Shown here: positions 40,905-53,900 of the stretch, one piece after another | How positions within the stretch are numbered: the stretch's first letter is position 1 | Layout of the letters: each line of letters opens with the position of its first letter | NCBI GenBank assembly: GCA_028534125.1 | Contig: CM052817.1 | Coordinates: 82,772,001 to 82,836,000, forward strand | Direction: 5' to 3' | DNA: 64,000 bases | Source of the DNA: Lama glama | Taxonomy: Eukaryota | Translations under genes and position numbers: made by a program | The notes under the pieces: model-generated | Seen by the model: only the letters and a program-made list of their open reading frames with translations | What the model was told of the DNA's origin: nothing | Database searches by the model: none

Positions 40905-41950
40905 AAATAAAGTCATGGATTTTAAATAAGACATGGATCAATGGGCCAACAACTGAGTATTCAGTTGATGATGTATGAAAACTGGCTCACTTATATGGAG
41001 AAAATAAAACTGAATTTCTATCCCATTACATATAAAAAAGGTACACCCCAAAGAATCACAGATCTAATTGTAAAAATTAAATCTATAAAATTAATAGAGG
41101 TTAACAAAAAGTTTCAGAGGTGAAAAAAAGCTCATGGGTTCTAGTATCTAATAGAAGCTTTGTGTCAGCAAAACTACACGATGGACAAAGTTAGTAGACC
41201 AGTTGTTAATTATCCACAGAAACCATCTACAGTGTTTAAACCAACACAGGACCAACATCTAGAATATACAAAGAACTCTTGCTAACCCACAGTAAAAATA
41301 CAAGCCAATATAAGAAAAATATGGGCAAAGGATGTGAAAAGTCATTTCACCAGAAAGAAGACTCAAAAGATGGCCACTAAGACAAAGATTAATTTGCACT
41401 ACTAAGCTGAAAAATACTAGAAAACTAGATAATGTAAGTGTTGCTGGAAAGTGGAGATAATACAAATCTCATGAAATTCTTGTGAGAGTTCATGTCCCAC
41501 AATAATGTACCCCATTTCAAAGAGGCATGCGACAGTTTTAAGTTAAATTCAATATAGGTATATGCTATGACCTAGATAAAGTTATAGACTGAATATATGT
41601 CCCAGAGCAATTCTTGCACAAATATGAGAAAAAATATACACATGAATGTTCCTCCCTGTCACTTTTAGTAGAAGTTGAATGCAATCCAGGTGTTTATCAC
41701 TGGGAAGAGTGGACAATAAAATGTGGTACATGATGTAATACTGTGCAGCAGTTAAAAAACTAGATCAAAACACGACCTATGAACAGATCTTAAAAAAAAA
41801 TGTGCTGGGTGGAAAAGAAATAGAATGAGTTTACAACAACAGCAATTATGTAAATTAAATGTATATGCACATAAAACAACACACAAGCAAATAAATAATG
41901 CATATCAAGTGTACTAGACCTATTACTTACCATGGGAAAGGAATATAAGT
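40905..41950 (+). mobile_element. Ancient L1 (L1ME-type) ORF2 C-terminus and 3'UTR
   Basis: tctagaatatacaaagaactctt..aaaaatatgggcaaaggatgtgaaaagtcatttcac; aataaaatgtggtacat..atactgtgcagcagttaaaaa. Confidence 0.75.
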
Positions 41951-44900
41951 TTAGGGGTTAAAGAGAAGGCAGGAAGGATAAAACAAAGAAAGGATGGGCT
42001 GAAGGAACAGGGAAACGAGGGAGGGCCTTGCATGATCTCTAATATCAGTGTCTTAAGAACTTGGAATTATAATTAATCAAACACTCTATAACAAATCTAA
42101 AATAAATTAACAGATGCATTCAATGCTATTCATTTAAGTAGGTATACAGATACGTAAGAGTTAGATCAATACATGTACTGGTAGGTAGGTAGGTGGATTA
42201 GAGAGAGGAGGGAGAGGTGGCTGGTTAGAGAGCAGACATGATAGATACAGAAACACAGGTAGGTAAAAAGGAGATAAAACATTCCTTGAAATTAAGTGCT
42301 CTAATTAAAGGCAGAATAGTAAAACTTGATGAATTATGAGATTTCTAAAATGTAAAATTTGAAATATATATTCATTTAGAACACTATGGGCTAATTTCTT
42401 CTTCAAAGGCCTAAGAATGTGTAATTGCAGTAGGAAGGTGAATTCTCTCCTTTAGAGCATTCCCATATTCTACCCTATATTTTACAAACTGCTGAACAGT
42501 TTTTACCTACAGATTGCAAGTATAAACTCCTCCTGGGACAAACACCAGTAGTTTTGAAAAGCCTGACAGTGTACTCAGTAACGTATATCCATTTGTGTTG
42601 TCTCATTTGACCCTTCCAATAGCCCACTGAAATAGAAAAGCTGAATTTTTTTATTATGAATATACTGTTTATAATCAATTTACATATAAAGATAAGATTA
42701 TTGTGGTATTTGTAGGAAATAGCTACCGTACTATACTGCCTTTACCATTCTTTCCCTTTGCCGTGTTATGCAGATAAACAATTATCAAATAAAAGCATTA
42801 TCAAGACCTTATGAAGTTATAAAATTTCATCATATGTGAATGTAATATTGATCATATGGATGATGTAGAGAATTCAAATTTACAAACAAAATTCCTCTCC
42901 CTAATACCAGAGACCCAAGTTTAACCAAAAATGTTGTTGGAGTATCCTGGTAAAATTGCTTTAACAATGGCTGTTCCAATTAATTCTACTTGTATTTTCT
43001 TTCAATGCATTTTGTTTCTATCTTTTCCTGTGTCAAACAAAACAGAATGATCCAATTTGAGCTGCATGCCTGTTTAGCTAAATGAGATTATTCAGTGGTC
43101 TAGTTAATCTTGAGTCATCGCAAGGCCTCAAACAGAATGAGGTAATATATTCTATCCCCACTAGCTCAGCGCTTTTTATTTTTATTTTTTTCTAAAGAAG
43201 AAAGGTTTATGTTGTGGGAGAGGCAGAAGGTCTTAGGTCATAACCACGAAGCGCCAGGATAATAGAGGAGACTAGCCCGTCTGTACGTGTGAATGTGAAA
43301 TCCTATCTGTGCAGGTCACTGCCAGCACTGAAGGAGACCGAGGCATGGAGCTTGCGTAGGAACTTCCACTTTTTACTTCATCCAAGTAAGGAAAAAAGGG
43401 GTAACCTTTAGGACCAATGCTCACATGAAATCTTTGGTATTTTACTAATCTTTCCACTGTGCACATGCACTCTCCCTGACCAGCCAACAGGCTTTCAATG
43501 GTCATGTCATCTCCCTTCAAATCTCTTACGAACTGTTAAAGATACAGCCAGCATCCTGTCTCCTATCATCCTCCCACCCCCCGTCTCATACCTTTATTCT
43601 TGATGAAAGCTACTTTCAGGCTCTCCTTAGTCAAGGGACAGTGCTTTCAGGGAAAATACATTGCACTATATGTGCATTTGATCAAAAACATTTGAAATGT
43701 GTACAAAAGCAGCCAAGTCAGAAAAAGAAAGGACAGCTGCATAAAGATGTCATAGCTATAAAAGAGCTAGTTGTAAAAAGCCTCAGCTAGCTGGCTAAGT
43801 TAAGCAAAGCACAATGTGGCTGTCCTGTCGTCTTTCTCATTCCTTTTTCTATCTATGCATATAAAACTCATTCATTAGTGTTGCATTGTTGTCCTAAGTT
43901 CTAATTTTACTTCATTTTCCTGACAATTCTGCTTTCGTGTCTTGCCAATTTAGAGGGGAAACAAAAGACTCATTTTTATAGATTTCTTCCACTTTTCAAA
44001 ATATTTTACCTACTCTTCTTCCAACAGTGTGCATTTTCAGTATAAAAAATATAGAAAAGTACACGTTATGTACCTTAAGACACTATTCTTTCTCAAAGAA
44101 TTTATTATTTTTAAATGGGAAATCCAAAGATATTCAGCGACTGCTTTGAATAATTTAACAGCAGACTTGTCATAAGCCATAAATTGGGTATAAGCCCAAA
44201 GCAGCACTGATTGCTCAATACACCCTAAAATTAAAACAAGCAAACAAAACAAAACACTAACAGCTTAGCTAATATGTCCATGAATGCCTTAAGGTCACAT
44301 CAGGTTGCCTACGTATATGTTCTCATTGTTGACACACTCATGAGAGTAGCACTGAGCTATGTAGGGTGCCAATGCCAAGGCAACAAGGGAGCACAGAAAT
44401 CTGGGTACAGTATCAGTGATTAAATACACTAAAATACAAGAAGGTAAATACCAGAATGCAAGGCAAGATGTGGCATAAGGTGAAGCACACACGCATCAAC
44501 AACAAAACAATGCCCGGGCAAACCACCCATGTTAGGAAACCAAAGCACAAAAGCAGCTACAAGAGAATGACGAGTTTCGTCAGTGAGGTCTCTGTCTCAG
44601 TTATTGTTGGACTCGTCTTCCTCCTGATGAAAAACAATTCTGAATGACTGTGGCCTCAAGCCTCTGAGAATGAAGGGAGAGGGCTGATAAGAGAATGCGT
44701 TTGGAAAGGACTCTAGAGGGTTTTCTCTTAAAAGGAAAATTAATATTGATCTCCAATATTGTAACTAGAGAAACCAGAATGTACAAAAGTTTTGTTAACA
44801 CTCAAAGATAAAGGAATATTTTGTATAAAATCTGGGAATAAAACAAGTATGTACCCAAGATTACCTATCTACCTACCAATCCATTGATTTCTTTGTCATC

Positions 44901-45990
44901 TATCTATAAAATGCTAATTCAAAGGATTTTGTGAGATCAGTAAATTTATCTCAAGAACACAAAACTACATGATTATTTTATTTTGTTACATTATTCATAT
45001 CATAGCTCATGTAACAGTTAAGAGACATGATGATGTGAGAATACAAAATAGTTTTTAATCTTCTCCCAATTATATTCATGAAGATTTGATAGTGTCTCTA
45101 GAAAATCAAATGGTACTCAAATGTGTAATAATTTTATGTCATTCTCATTATAGTTTTTAGTGTATATAAAACAATTGTATATAAGATGTTTTAATGTGAT
45201 GTATATAATGTAACCAAGCACACTATGGAAATACATTAATATAAATGTTTGCACTGTTCATCTACAAATATTAAACCTTTGAATCAAAACTCAGGAATCA
45301 CTGGTATTTCCTTTTTTATTCAAATTTTATACATACTTTCATGCTGCTTTTAGAGAATATAATATAAATTAGTCCTATTTTTATTATTAAATATTAGAAC
45401 AGTTGGGCAGTTGGCTAATTACTATAAATACAAAAATTTTTATTTCTAATAGCATTATGTTAATCCATTTATTTTTTACAACTGAGAAGAAATAAAAATG
45501 AAAAAGTACTTGGATTATGTAAATTATTAAAGGAATTAGAGTTTTTGATTAATCATTTATAAACTGAAACGAATTTTTTAAAAATATTTAAGACCACAGT
45601 TACCTTCTCTCCCATTTGAGTAAGGACAGTCCAGTAAGGCCTTTGGAGTTCTGTGGACTTGCAATGCCTCAGGGTTATCTTTTGTCTCATTTTACAGTGT
45701 TATTTAAAATAGTACGAGTTTCAATTCATGTTGACCAATAAATCTCTGCCATACAGGTTTATCTTCCCAAAACTGCATCTCTCTCATAAAGAGAATGTCT
45801 GTGGCTGGACACATACTTACTAATGTATGCATAATCATCTTTATCCACATTTAGAGGTAATTCATATCCTGGTTAGCTGGTTTCTAGATAATAAATGATT
45901 TACACTTGTACATCTTTTAATTGTATGTTGTATATCATAATCTCTTACATACTATATAGAAATACCATCTGTTTTTTTCCTAATTATGTA

Positions 45991-46365
45991 CAGGTATACC
46001 TTGGAGATGTCATGGGTTCAGTTCCAGGCCACGACAATAAAGTGATACTGCAATAAAGTTAAGTCACATAATTTTTTTAGTTTCCTAGTGCATATAAAAG
46101 CTATATTTATAATATATAGTTAATTAAGTGCGCAATGGCATTGTATCTAAAAAAGCAATGTATAAGTAATTAAAAATACTTCATTGCTAAAGAATACTAA
46201 CCATCATCTGAGACTTCAGTGGGTCCTAATCTTTTTGCTAATGGAGGGTCTTGCCTCCATGTTGATGACTGCTGATGGATCAGGGTGGTGGTTGCTGAAG
46301 GTTGGGGTGTCTGTGGCAATTTCTTAAAATAAGACAACAGTGAAGTTTTCTGCACTGATTGATCT
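45991..46365 (-). mobile_element. Tigger1 (TcMar) right-end fragment
   Basis: TA|caggtataccttggagat..ggttcagttccaggccacgacaataaag TIR end; atggagggtcttgcctccatgttgatgactgctgatggatcagggtggtggttgctgaaggttggggtg matches recalled Tigger1 transposase 3' end. Confidence 0.92.
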
Positions 46366-47961
46366 CTTAATTTCAAATACCCTGCATCTGTACTCTCCTC
46401 CCCTCACTATTACTGGTTTTGTATCCTATTTCAGTAGGTGTATCCCTTAACTGCTTATGTGGATACAGATGATTTTAGTCCTTTATCATTTAATCTTCCT
46501 ACTAAATTCTGTGTGGATGATTCCCTGCCTTTACTGTATATTTACATTTACCAGTGAGCTTTCCATTTAGTGATTTTTTTGTTTCTAATTGTGTCTTTTC
46601 TTTTCCACCTACAAAAGTTCCTTTAGCATTTGCTGTATAGCTGGTATGGTGATGCTGAATTCTTTTAGCTTGCATGTCTGTAAAGCTTTTGATTTCTCCA
46701 TCAAATCAAAATGAGAGCCTCGCTGGGTAGAATATTCTTGGTTGTGGGTTTTTCCCTTTCATCACCTTAAGTATACTGCATAGCATCCTTGTATCCTGCA
46801 GTTTCTGCTGAAAAAATCAGCTGATAGCCTTAAGGGAGTTTCCTAGCATGCTAGTTGTTTTTCCCTTGTTATTTTTAATATTTTCTCTTTATCTTTAATT
46901 TCTGCCAATTTGATGACTTTGTGTGTCTGGGTGTGTTCCTCTTTGGGTTAATCCTGTATGGGACTCTCTATGCTTCCTCGACTTGGGTGACTGTTTCCTT
47001 CCCCAGGTTAGGGAAGTTTTCAGCTTTCAGCTATTTATCTCTTCAATTATTTCCTGTGGTCCTTTCTCTCTCTCTTCTTCTAAGATCCATATAATGCGAA
47101 TGTTAGTGCACCTGATGTTATCCCAGAGGTCTCAAACTGTCCTCATTTCTTTCCTTCCTTTTTTATTTATTCTGTTCTGGAGCAGTCAGTTGCCTTCCAG
47201 CTCACTGGTCCATTCTTCTGCCTCATTTATTCTACTACTGATGTCTGACAGTGTACTTTTCCTTTCAGTTACTGTGTTCTTCAACTCCATTTGGTTGTTC
47301 TTTATATTTTCTAACTCTTTGTTAAAAACTTCTAACTTCTCACTCTGTGCATCCATTCTTCTCCCAAGTTCTTGGATCAACTTTACAATCATTACTCTGA
47401 ACTCTTTCTCTAGTAGACTGCCCTTCTCCTCCTTACTTAGCTGTTCTGGGGTTTTATCTCGTTCCTTCATCTGGAACATATTCCTCTGCCGCCTTGTTTT
47501 GTCTAAATTTCTATTTGTATTTTTATGTATGTAGTAGTTTAGCTACATTTCTCAAACTTGGAGAAGCAGCCCTCTGTATGAGATGTCCTCTGTGCCCCAG
47601 CAGTGCACTCCTCTCTCGTCATCCAAGGACCAGGGGCCAGCTGGTCCCAGGATAGGCTCTGGCCTGTGTTTGTGTACTCAGTTTTGCAGGCTGGGGACCA
47701 TCATTTTCTTGTTTCTGGTGTCTCCACCCTGGTGTGTGAGGCTGGTCCTGAGGCTTGTGCAGGCTTTCTGGCAAGAGGGCCAGTGTCTGCCAGCTGGTGG
47801 CTGGAGTTGGGTCTTAGCCCTCTTGTGGGCAGGCCGGTCTAGGGGTGTGTCTAGAGGAGACTGTGGGCTCAGGAAGGCTTTAGGCAGCCTGTCTGCTGAT
47901 GGGTGGGGCCGTGTTCCTGCCGTTAGTTGTTTGGCCTGAGGTGTCCCAGTATTGGAGCATC
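46366..47961 (-). mobile_element. L1 (cetartiodactyl-type) 5'UTR, ORF1 and spacer; ORF2 absent
   Basis: ORF 47186-47479(-) MFQMKERDKTPEQLSKEEKGSLLEKEFRVMIVKLIQELGRRMDAQSEKLEVFNKELENIKNNQ is an L1 ORF1p coiled-coil N-terminus. Confidence 0.93.
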
Positions 47962-48310
47962 AGTCCTGAGGCGCCCCCAGAGCATTTGTCTTTGAAGTCC
48001 AGAGGGGCTTAACTGAAGGAGCACCACAGGACTGGCGGAAATGGAGACTCTCCTACTAAAGGGCACACACAAAATCTCATGTGCACCAGCACCGAGGGCA
48101 GAAGCAGTAACTTCATAAGAGCCTGGGCCAGACCTGGCTGTTGGTCTCTGAGGGCCTCCCAGGGAGGTGTGGGGTGGCTGTGGCTCACCCTGGGTACAAA
48201 AGACATATTGGAGAGTATTCACCTGCACAAACTCTCCTGAAGGCTAATATCTTACTTGGGCTATTAACGCCAAGATCTGGCTTCCCCTGGATGCTCCAAT
48301 ACTGGGACAC
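47962..48310 (+). mobile_element. Inverted segment of the same L1 5'UTR
   Basis: cccccagagcatttgtctttgaagtccag..ggagactc..gcacacacaaaatctcatgtgcacca..cctgggccagacct..gctcaccctggg is L1 5'UTR in sense orientation; ends with reverse complement of 47941-47961. Confidence 0.85.
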
Positions 48311-48319
48311 AAATACAAT

Positions 48320-48520
48320 GTCAAATTAGGTGATCAAAGTTAACACGAATAGTGATAAGTCTTGTTGTTGTTATGTTCCCTTGATATGGTGTAATGAGAA
48401 TGTCACTTTATCTTTGTGTCCCCCCTCAAACCTATAATCATGAGGAAAAAATTAGACAGATCCCACTTGAGGGGCCTCCTATGAAATGCCTGACCAGTAA
48501 TCCTCAAACTGCCAAATACT
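48320..48520 (+). mobile_element. L1MB/L1MC-type 3'UTR fragment
   Basis: ggtgatcaaagttaaca..cttgatatggtgtaatgagaatgtcactttatctttgtg..taatcatgaggaaaa..agacagatcccacttgagggg..atgcctgaccagta..ctcaaactg. Confidence 0.75.
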
Positions 48521-48559
48521 TTTAATCTTTCCTGATCTGATTACCAAGAAACAATGTTT

Positions 48560-48670
48560 TACCAGCTCTGTTTCCTAAAGCACTCATCTTTCCAAAAGTT
48601 GAATTTATTATTCCCACAGTACCTTGGACATTATATGAGTTCAAAATAATTGAATGGATGAATGAATAAG
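48560..48670 (+). mobile_element. L2 3' terminus
   Basis: attcccacagtaccttggaca..aataattgaatggatgaatgaat. Confidence 0.5.
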
Positions 48671-50254
48671 CTATTGCTTAATGGTACATGAGGAGTCCAT
48701 ATCTGAGGTTGTCAACTTGTGTTTCTCTTCTCATGTCACATCTGAGTACTTCTAGGTCCTTTAAGAACAGCCACTGGGGAAGAGGGTGCTGCTCTTCATT
48801 CTAAAGTTGTACATTTGATTCTCTTTTAATGGTAGCTATGATATTTGGAACACTTCTATATAAACTTCAAATTTTTCTATCTATTTGGATATTTTCAGCC
48901 TGTTCTAAATACCAGAATGCAAAATACTTTGCTTAAAATCATGCACACATACTAAAAATCCCATAAACAAAAATTTTCACTTTACACATACCACGACACA
49001 AACAATATCACATATGGGGGAACAAATGGAAAGAGCTTTTGCCAATGCCTGGGGGTCTCTGGCAATATTAATGCCTGATACAAACCTTCAAAGACTTCAA
49101 AAGCATGTGACAAACTGTCCCCACACACATGTTACAGCTAGGGACGAAGCTGTACTTTAATGATGGGTCACCAGGAACATACATAACTCTGAACCAAGGT
49201 TTGGAAAGACCTGATTCCCCTCCTCACCCTTCTGATTTTTTAAGCAATTTGCAATCTTCCCTCATGTCTCCACTGAAATATCCTTTAATGAAAGGGATGT
49301 TATAAAGATGAGTGAAATCTTTCCTGCAAAATACTTCGACAAATACAGCACATTGCTGTTCCAAAATCACCAACAAGTCGCTAGCCAGATCCCATTATAA
49401 TATTTATAACTTACATTTGACATAACTGTTATACCACACTTCCTACCAGCATAAACATGCACTAGTCATTTACTTTTCAATATTATAAAGCCAAGCTTAA
49501 GCTCTGTGCTAACATTTACACATTCATGATAACAATACATTTATGGTAACAGTCTTTGTGGAAAAGCATGCCCTGAAGAACTCCGTCACTTTGGCAGTTT
49601 CTAAGCGTTGCACGTGGCTAACTTTCACTAGAACTTAACTGAAAACCTACTCATTAGTTATGCATTGCATGTGAACAACAACAACAACAAAAAAAACCAC
49701 TAAACAAAAAACAAATGATTAAACATGCTGCAGAAAGGAATCTGAAGAGAGAAAAGCTGTGTCCAGCATTTTCAAGAGTTAAGGTAAAAATTATCTTTTG
49801 ACTTGATGAAAACATCATTAATGATTTTATAGTTTTAGTAAAAACATATCCTACATAGCTGCTTCTTTGCTTTTGTCTTCTTTTAGTTTGAAGAAAAGCC
49901 AAAGAAAATTGAGATGCAGAAGCCTATCTTTGCTTTAAAATGTATAAACAAGCATCTCTTTTAGCGTAATGTCCTGAAGGTTTCTGTCCCAGAGGATAAA
50001 CACACTGCCAGTTGGACACTGAAGAAAAAGATGTGAAAAGTTATGCTGAGTTTTTGTCTCTCTGAAAGGCCAGAACTGAGGAGTACAAGAGCTGAAGAAT
50101 ACAAAGAACAGAATTTCATTTGATCAGATGACCACTGAGGACTTGAATGAAGTCTTCCTGGAAACCAAATCAGACAAGAAGAAATATTCCTATTGGCTTC
50201 ACAAGCCGATTGAGAATTTATAAACTCGAGTCTAGGAGAAAGCTCTGGCCCTTA

Positions 50255-50350
50255 TGTTGTAACTCTGGACATATTATATATAATTATAAAGAAAGTATGT
50301 ATACATTGAGAAATCATTACCACAATAAGGTAAGTTAATATATCCAACTT
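50255..50350 (-). mobile_element. L1MA9/10-like 3' terminal fragment
   Basis: tatgtatacattgagaaatcattaccacaataaggtaagttaatatatcca resembles antisense L1MA 3' end (tatacattgtgaaatgattaccacaatcaagctaattaacatatcca). Confidence 0.7.
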
Positions 50351-50360
50351 AGTGTTGGAG

Positions 50361-50665
50361 GTTTTTTGTTTTTTTTGTTTTTTTTCTTTTTTTTGAACAA
50401 CATAGAGGACACCTGGAATTGGGGCAGGGCCTGGTCCAAGTGGGTGGAGTGTGAGGCTACCCATGAAGTCAAACAGGCTGCAGCTGGAGCCTGCAGGGAT
50501 GCTACATGTGACTTTCGGTATGGGAAGGGACTGAGTCTGGGTCCTGATGGAGGAACAGAGACAGGGTGAGCTGGGATGTTCTTATCAGGGCTGGCTCAGA
50601 AAACGGTGGCATCACCTTGGGCACTGCTGCTGCCACCACTCATCCCAGAAGCAGCCTCAACTCAT
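50361..50665 (-). pseudogene. Putative retroposed GC-rich transcript fragment with A-rich tail (source unknown)
   Basis: T-tract 50362-50394 followed by a sharply bounded GC-rich block in AT-rich DNA; no clean TSD seen. Confidence 0.35.
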
Positions 50666-51524
50666 GATATGTGGGGAATTTGAGTAAGTGCCAAAGGTTT
50701 ACATGGATCAGGATTCAGTTTCAAATAATACCTAAGATTCTTTAACCAATAAGTTAAAGATGGCATGCTAATACCATCCATGTTATTAAGTTAATCACAG
50801 TACTGTATATGTGAAGACTATCTGCCATCACAGACAGATAGAGGAAGATGGTGTACTATAGTCCTTATGGTGATTGGATGTTTTACATTTCTTCTGTAGT
50901 ATTTGGGATTCAGTCTCTCTATAAACACAGATTAGCTCTCCACTTTAAATATATTTTTCTAGCAATTAAAAACAAACGTTTTTAATATTATTTCCATCCA
51001 TGTTAGAATCATCTGAGGGGGATATAAGAAGATTCCAAGCAGACCTTGAATTTTAGTTCTGTGATCAGGTAAGTCTGTCCATGTTTCATTTTCTCAATAT
51101 GAACACCTCTAGTCATCATTCATTTACATAATTCTCAGTCATATATCATATTGCAGTCATCTGTTGCTTAAATTTGCAAGGATAAAAATAAACAGTAATA
51201 GATAATTATTAATGAAAAAATAACAAATATTTTGCAAACTTAATCTCAAGATACTCTTCTGTTCAAACTATGTTCTCTAGTCAAAAGTTTTATATAACAC
51301 TTAATGCATCAACTTATAAGGTGGAAATAGTAAATCTATATTTTTACAACTTTATGTGTATTTTCACTTTGAATAAACTGAAAGAAGTTTTGGATTTCTA
51401 ATTTTTCTCCCCTTGACTCAAAGTGCATTGTCATTTAGTATAGCCTCTTTCTTAAAATCTGCTAGGGTTAATTTTTATATAACACATAAAAATGTTTCTA
51501 GTATTTCAAAAGAGCAAATATAAG

Positions 51525-52880
51525 TCTGAGCCAGAGCAATTAGGCAAGAAAAAGAAAGAAAAGGCATCCAAATTAAAAAAGGATGAGGTAAAATTATCTG
51601 TTTGCAGGTGACATAATCTTACACATAAAAAACCCTAAAGACTCCACCAAAAACACTTAGAACTAATAAATTCAGTATAGTTGCAGGGAACAAAGCACAT
51701 AAAAATCACTTGTGTTTTGATACACAAACAACAAACTATTCAAAAAGGAAATTAAGAAAACAATACCACTTATAATAGCATCAAAAAGAATATGATACTT
51801 CAGAATAAACATAACCAAGTAACACTTATATGCTGAAAACTAAATACACTGATGAAAGAAGTTAAAGAGACAAATAAATGGAAAGATATACCATGTTCAT
51901 GGATTGGAAGACTTAACATTGTTAAAAATTTCTACACTGCCCAAAGCAATCCACCAATTTAACGTTATTCCCATCAAAATCTCAGTGGCATTTCTTTTTA
52001 ACAAATTTTTTTTAAAAAAACTCTGAAAAAAAAAAAACAACAAAACAAAGGTGGAGGCATCATACTTCCTGATTTCAATGTATATTAAAAAGCTACAGTA
52101 ACTAAAACAGTATAGTATTGGCATAAAGATGGGTATATAGACCAATGGGACAGAATTCAGAGCCCAGAAATAAACCTATGTATATATGAGTCAACCGAGC
52201 TTCAACAAGGGTGCCAAAAATACCTAATGGGGAAAGGATAGTCTCTGAAAGAAATGGTGCTGGGAAAACCAGACATCTACATGTAAAAGAATGAAATTAG
52301 CTCTTTCTCACTCTATACACAAAAATCAACTCAAAATGGATTAAAAATGCAAATATAAGAACTTAAACTGTAAAACTCCAAGATGAAAACATTGAGGAAA
52401 AGCTTCAGGACACTGGTGTTGGCAATGATTTCATGGATATGCTGCCAAAAGTACAGGAAACAAAAGTAAAAATAAACAAGTGGGACTCCATCAAACTAAA
52501 AAGCTTCTGCACAGGTAAGTAAACAATTAACAGAGTGAAAAAGGAACTTATAGAATGGGAGAAAAATATTTGTGAACCATGTATCTGATAAGGGGTTAAT
52601 ATGTAAAACATATGGAATTCGTACGATTTAACAGCAAGGAACTAACACAATTTAAAATTGTATAAAGGACTTGAATAGACATTTTCTTCAAAGAAGACAT
52701 ATAAATGACCAGAAGGTATCTGAAAAGGTACTCAACATTACTAATCATTAGGAAAGCACAAATCAAAACCACAGTGAGACATGACCTGTCAGAATGATTA
52801 TGAAAAGAGAAATGAAATTGGGAGGAGGTTGGGAGGTTGTAGAGAACAGGAGACCCTTCCACAATTGGTGGGAATGTAAA
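51525..52880 (+). mobile_element. L1 ORF2 fragment (RT to C-terminal), degenerate
   Basis: agccagagcaattaggcaagaaaaagaa..ctgtttgcaggtgacataatc (LFADDMI motif region); ggaaagatataccatgttcatggattggaaga; catcaaactaaaaagcttctgcacag. Confidence 0.95.
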
Positions 52881-52884
52881 ATGC

Positions 52885-53900
52885 TGTGTCTTTTTCAATT
52901 TTATTTATTTTTCTTGAAACTCTTGCTATTTTAATATTGGACCTCTTGAATTAATAATATCCATGTTTTTTATTTTCTCTCATATTTACAAAACTTGTCC
53001 TTTGTTCTACGTTTTGTAAAGTTGTTGACTTGATGTATCAAATTCCCATTTTTTAAATTGTTGTGGCTTATTTTACTTGTCTGTTTTAATTGCAACATTC
53101 ATTTAATTTCCATGAAACTTCTCTAATTCTGATATTCTTTTTATAGCATTCTGTTTAAGGGAGAATCTCTTAAAATACTAATGAGACTAATTAGAGAACA
53201 TTTAACATTTGTAAGAATTTATATTGTTTTTGTTGTTACCTTAATAGTCTCTTCTCTTTCTAAAATTCTTCCTTCCTTTGGATTATAGTTTCCCTAGTTC
53301 TTTATCTTGATCATTCTCTTTTACATTTCCTTTCTTCAAATGAATGGCTATCCTAAGTTGTCGATTCATACGTAACAATAAAGCAATAAAAAAATAAATG
53401 TGTATATACAGGTGTGGCTAGTTTGCTGATGCACACTACTTACACCTGGAAGTGTATAGGAATCTGCCCTCAATTTTGCTAGACTCCTAAATAAGAGAAC
53501 ACTGAATTTTTACTTTGGTCATTAAACAGTCACACTAGACTTTACCAAATAGTTCATTAAATTTAAATGGAGATGCATCTCTTGTTGGATTTAGTTCAGA
53601 TTTGTTCCACATTTTTTTGTCTGAGGGACAGTCTGCAAGCAGAAGTGCGGGTCAACTAATCTCCATACAAATTTTCCAAAGACTGATTGCTTTCCTCTTT
53701 GGTCTCATGTATCACTTCCAGTCTCCGTATCTCAGAGTTCTGACACTTAAAAGTCTCCTGGGTTCTTTAGGCCAGGTTACCTTCCTCCTTGACCACGTTA
53801 CCATGACTGAGCCATCCACTCAATTACAGATTTCTCTCTCCTGTTTCACGAGCTAACACTCTTCATCCAGCTTCTTCTCATCCCATATTAACTGGTATCT
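52885..53900 (-). mobile_element. Very old L1ME/HAL1-type ORF1 and 5' remnant
   Basis: ttcttgaaactcttgctattttaatattggacctcttgaatt..tttgttctacgttttg; T-rich antisense ORF1 texture. Confidence 0.5.

Noticed and set aside
46923..47534. 203-aa hydrophobic/Ser-rich ORF, the longest in the window
   Set aside because: Antisense reading of the A-rich L1 ORF1; a well-known spurious ORF type.
47583..48329. Several overlapping ORFs
   Set aside because: All fall within the L1 5'UTR and its inverted segment.
51990..52050. T-run/A-run quasi-palindrome inside L1 ORF2
   Set aside because: Explained by a small deletion and homopolymer slippage within the L1; low complexity.
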